From Octopus bimaculoides (lineage: Eukaryota), in NCBI RefSeq assembly GCF_001194135.2, contig NC_068981.1:144028665-144063552 (forward strand): a DNA stretch of 34,888 bases, written 5' to 3'. A program made the translations under genes and the position numbers. The notes under the pieces are model-generated. The model was not told where the DNA came from, did no database searches, and was given only the letters and a program-made list of their open reading frames with translations. Shown here piece after piece: positions 33,626 through 34,888 of the stretch; the stretch's first letter is position 1, and each line of letters starts with the position of its first letter.

Positions 33626-33689
33626 ATATTTATACTATATTCTCGTATTCTATTATCTCTGTATGATGAGTCTGTGCAGTTGAGACTTC

Positions 33690-34100
33690 AAAGTCCCAAT
33701 CATAATGTATTTCTGTGAAATAATGCCATCATAGAGGTCAGCTGCCCTGCAGATATGAATATCTCTTTGAAAATCAAAGAAAATGAGGATATCTATGGAC
33801 AACTGCTTCGAAACCTCCAGCTCTATATCCAGACTATGAATTCATATTCATACCATTAATAATTGGAGCACTAGGTTTTGTTAGTAAATGCTTAAAGAAG
33901 TATCTGGATGAACTGGAATTTTCAGAAAGAGAAATCAACTGGCTAATTCGTACATTACAAATGCAATATGTGAGAGGAACAGTAAAAATATGCAAGACTT
34001 TTCTCAAGTTTCAAATGTGAATTTATCTGTGTTAACTACATCCCAAACATGAAGCCTTGTATCTTTATTGGAAACCGGCTACCTCTTTAGTGGAAGACTT
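33690..34100 (+). pseudogene. 3' end of an RLE-type (R2-superfamily, R4/Dong-like) non-LTR retrotransposon
   Basis: IIEVSCPADMNISLKIKENEDIYGQLLRNLQL / YPDYEFIFIPLIIGALGFVSKCLKK...GTVKICKTFLKFQM* (stop 34018-34020, one frameshift near 33826). This is the typical C-terminal restriction-like endonuclease region. A short 3' UTR ends at tataataat. Confidence 0.75.
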
Positions 34101-34191
34101 ATAATAATTTTAAAAATAGAAGAGACGTACAAACATACACACAAATACATACACACACACACATAAAGTTATAATCATTAATAAAATTTAG

Positions 34192-34407
34192 TACAGTTTT
34201 ATATTTAAGAGATGATGAATTATGTACATTATTTACATTATTTACATTATTTACATTTGACAGATATTTGTTCTCATCTTGCTTTTTGTTAACCCAACGT
34301 TTCGACTGATATACCCTCCAGCCTTCATCAGGTGTCTTGGGGAAATTTCGAACCTGGGTTCTCATTCCTAAGGTATTTTTCGATGTTGTTATTAATTATT
34401 ATTATTA
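34192..34407 (-). mobile_element. Short non-autonomous repeat carrying a hammerhead-like motif (Penelope-associated by inference)
   Basis: Starts in (AAT)n, contains the ribozyme core, a 9-bp tandem (tacattatt x3 on +) and ends cttaaatataaaactgta. Confidence 0.6.
34291..34336 (-). ncRNA. Minimal hammerhead-ribozyme-like motif with palindromic (dimer-type) stem III
   Basis: Minus strand: gacac-CUGAUGA-a-ggctg-gagggtatat-cagtc-GAAACGUU-gggtt. Stem II has 5 pairs (one G-U). AACGUU is self-complementary. Stem I has one mismatch. Confidence 0.65.
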
Positions 34408-34473
34408 NNNNNNNNNNGGGGAAATTTCGAACCTGGGTTCTCATTCCTAAGGTATTTTTCGATGTTGTTATTA

Positions 34474-34523
<50 letters not shown>

Positions 34524-34561
34524 GTCCTTACATGTTTTTAATTAATATTAGCCCTTGTGGC

Positions 34562-34888
34562 CAGCCCATCACTCTGCTCAATACAGAGTTGAAGATCTTG
34601 GCCAAGATGCTAGCCAAGAGATTGGCGCCTGTCGTGGGCAAACTGATCAGCAAGGCGCAGACATGCGCCGTGCCGACCAGGTCTATCCACGACAGCCTCC
34701 ATCTCATGCGCTACATCATAGAGAGGGTGGGTAACGAAGCTGGCGCGGGTGGGGCTTTGATCAATTTAGATCAGTCTAAAGCCTTCGATAGGGTCGACCA
34801 TCGATACCTGGCAGCTGTTCTCAAGGCAGCTGGCTTCGGTCCGGTCTTCCGCGGGTGGATAGCTGCTTTATACAGCGGCATCTGCTCG
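34562..34888 (+). mobile_element. L1/Tx1-clade LINE reverse transcriptase fragment, open to the window edge
   Basis: 109 stop-free codons: QPITLLNTELKILAKMLAKRL...QTCAVPTRSIHDSLHLMR...LINLDQSKAFDRVDHRYL...GFGPVFRGWIAALYSG. Abrupt rise in GC content relative to the flank. Confidence 0.92.

Noticed and set aside
34418-34480. Exact repeat of 34339-34407 after a 10-N gap, tempting as the tandem partner for a dimeric hammerhead
   Set aside because: The duplicate is identical, abuts a gap in (ATT)n and lacks the ribozyme core. It is most likely an unmerged contig overlap.

Overview
AT-rich, gap-riddled (12 N-runs) draft-assembly DNA from an animal with no recognisable intact host gene. The tRNA-derived SINE families and extreme microsatellite density suggest an octopus/coleoid cephalopod (inference). 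The window is a transposon graveyard. It holds about 30 SINE copies or fragments from four working families (A, B, C, D; my labels) that exchange 5' and 3' modules, and several copies have clean target-site duplications (TSDs). DNA transposons are a decayed Hsmar1-like D,D34D mariner, a near full-length Tc1 with D36E spacing, a Tigger-like MITE carrying a nested SINE and a possible Helentron/HINE-like element. Retroelement relics are two different Penelope-like RT fragments, an RLE-type LINE 3' end and an open L1/Tx1-type RT fragment at the right edge. The most notable signals are two hammerhead-ribozyme-like motifs (29946-29987 +, 34291-34336 -) of the minimal type associated with Penelope-like elements, a 90-bp near-perfect spacerless palindrome, SINE multimers and chimeras, and a few low-confidence candidate + strand exons. 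Almost all ORFs in the supplied track are microsatellite or N-gap artefacts.
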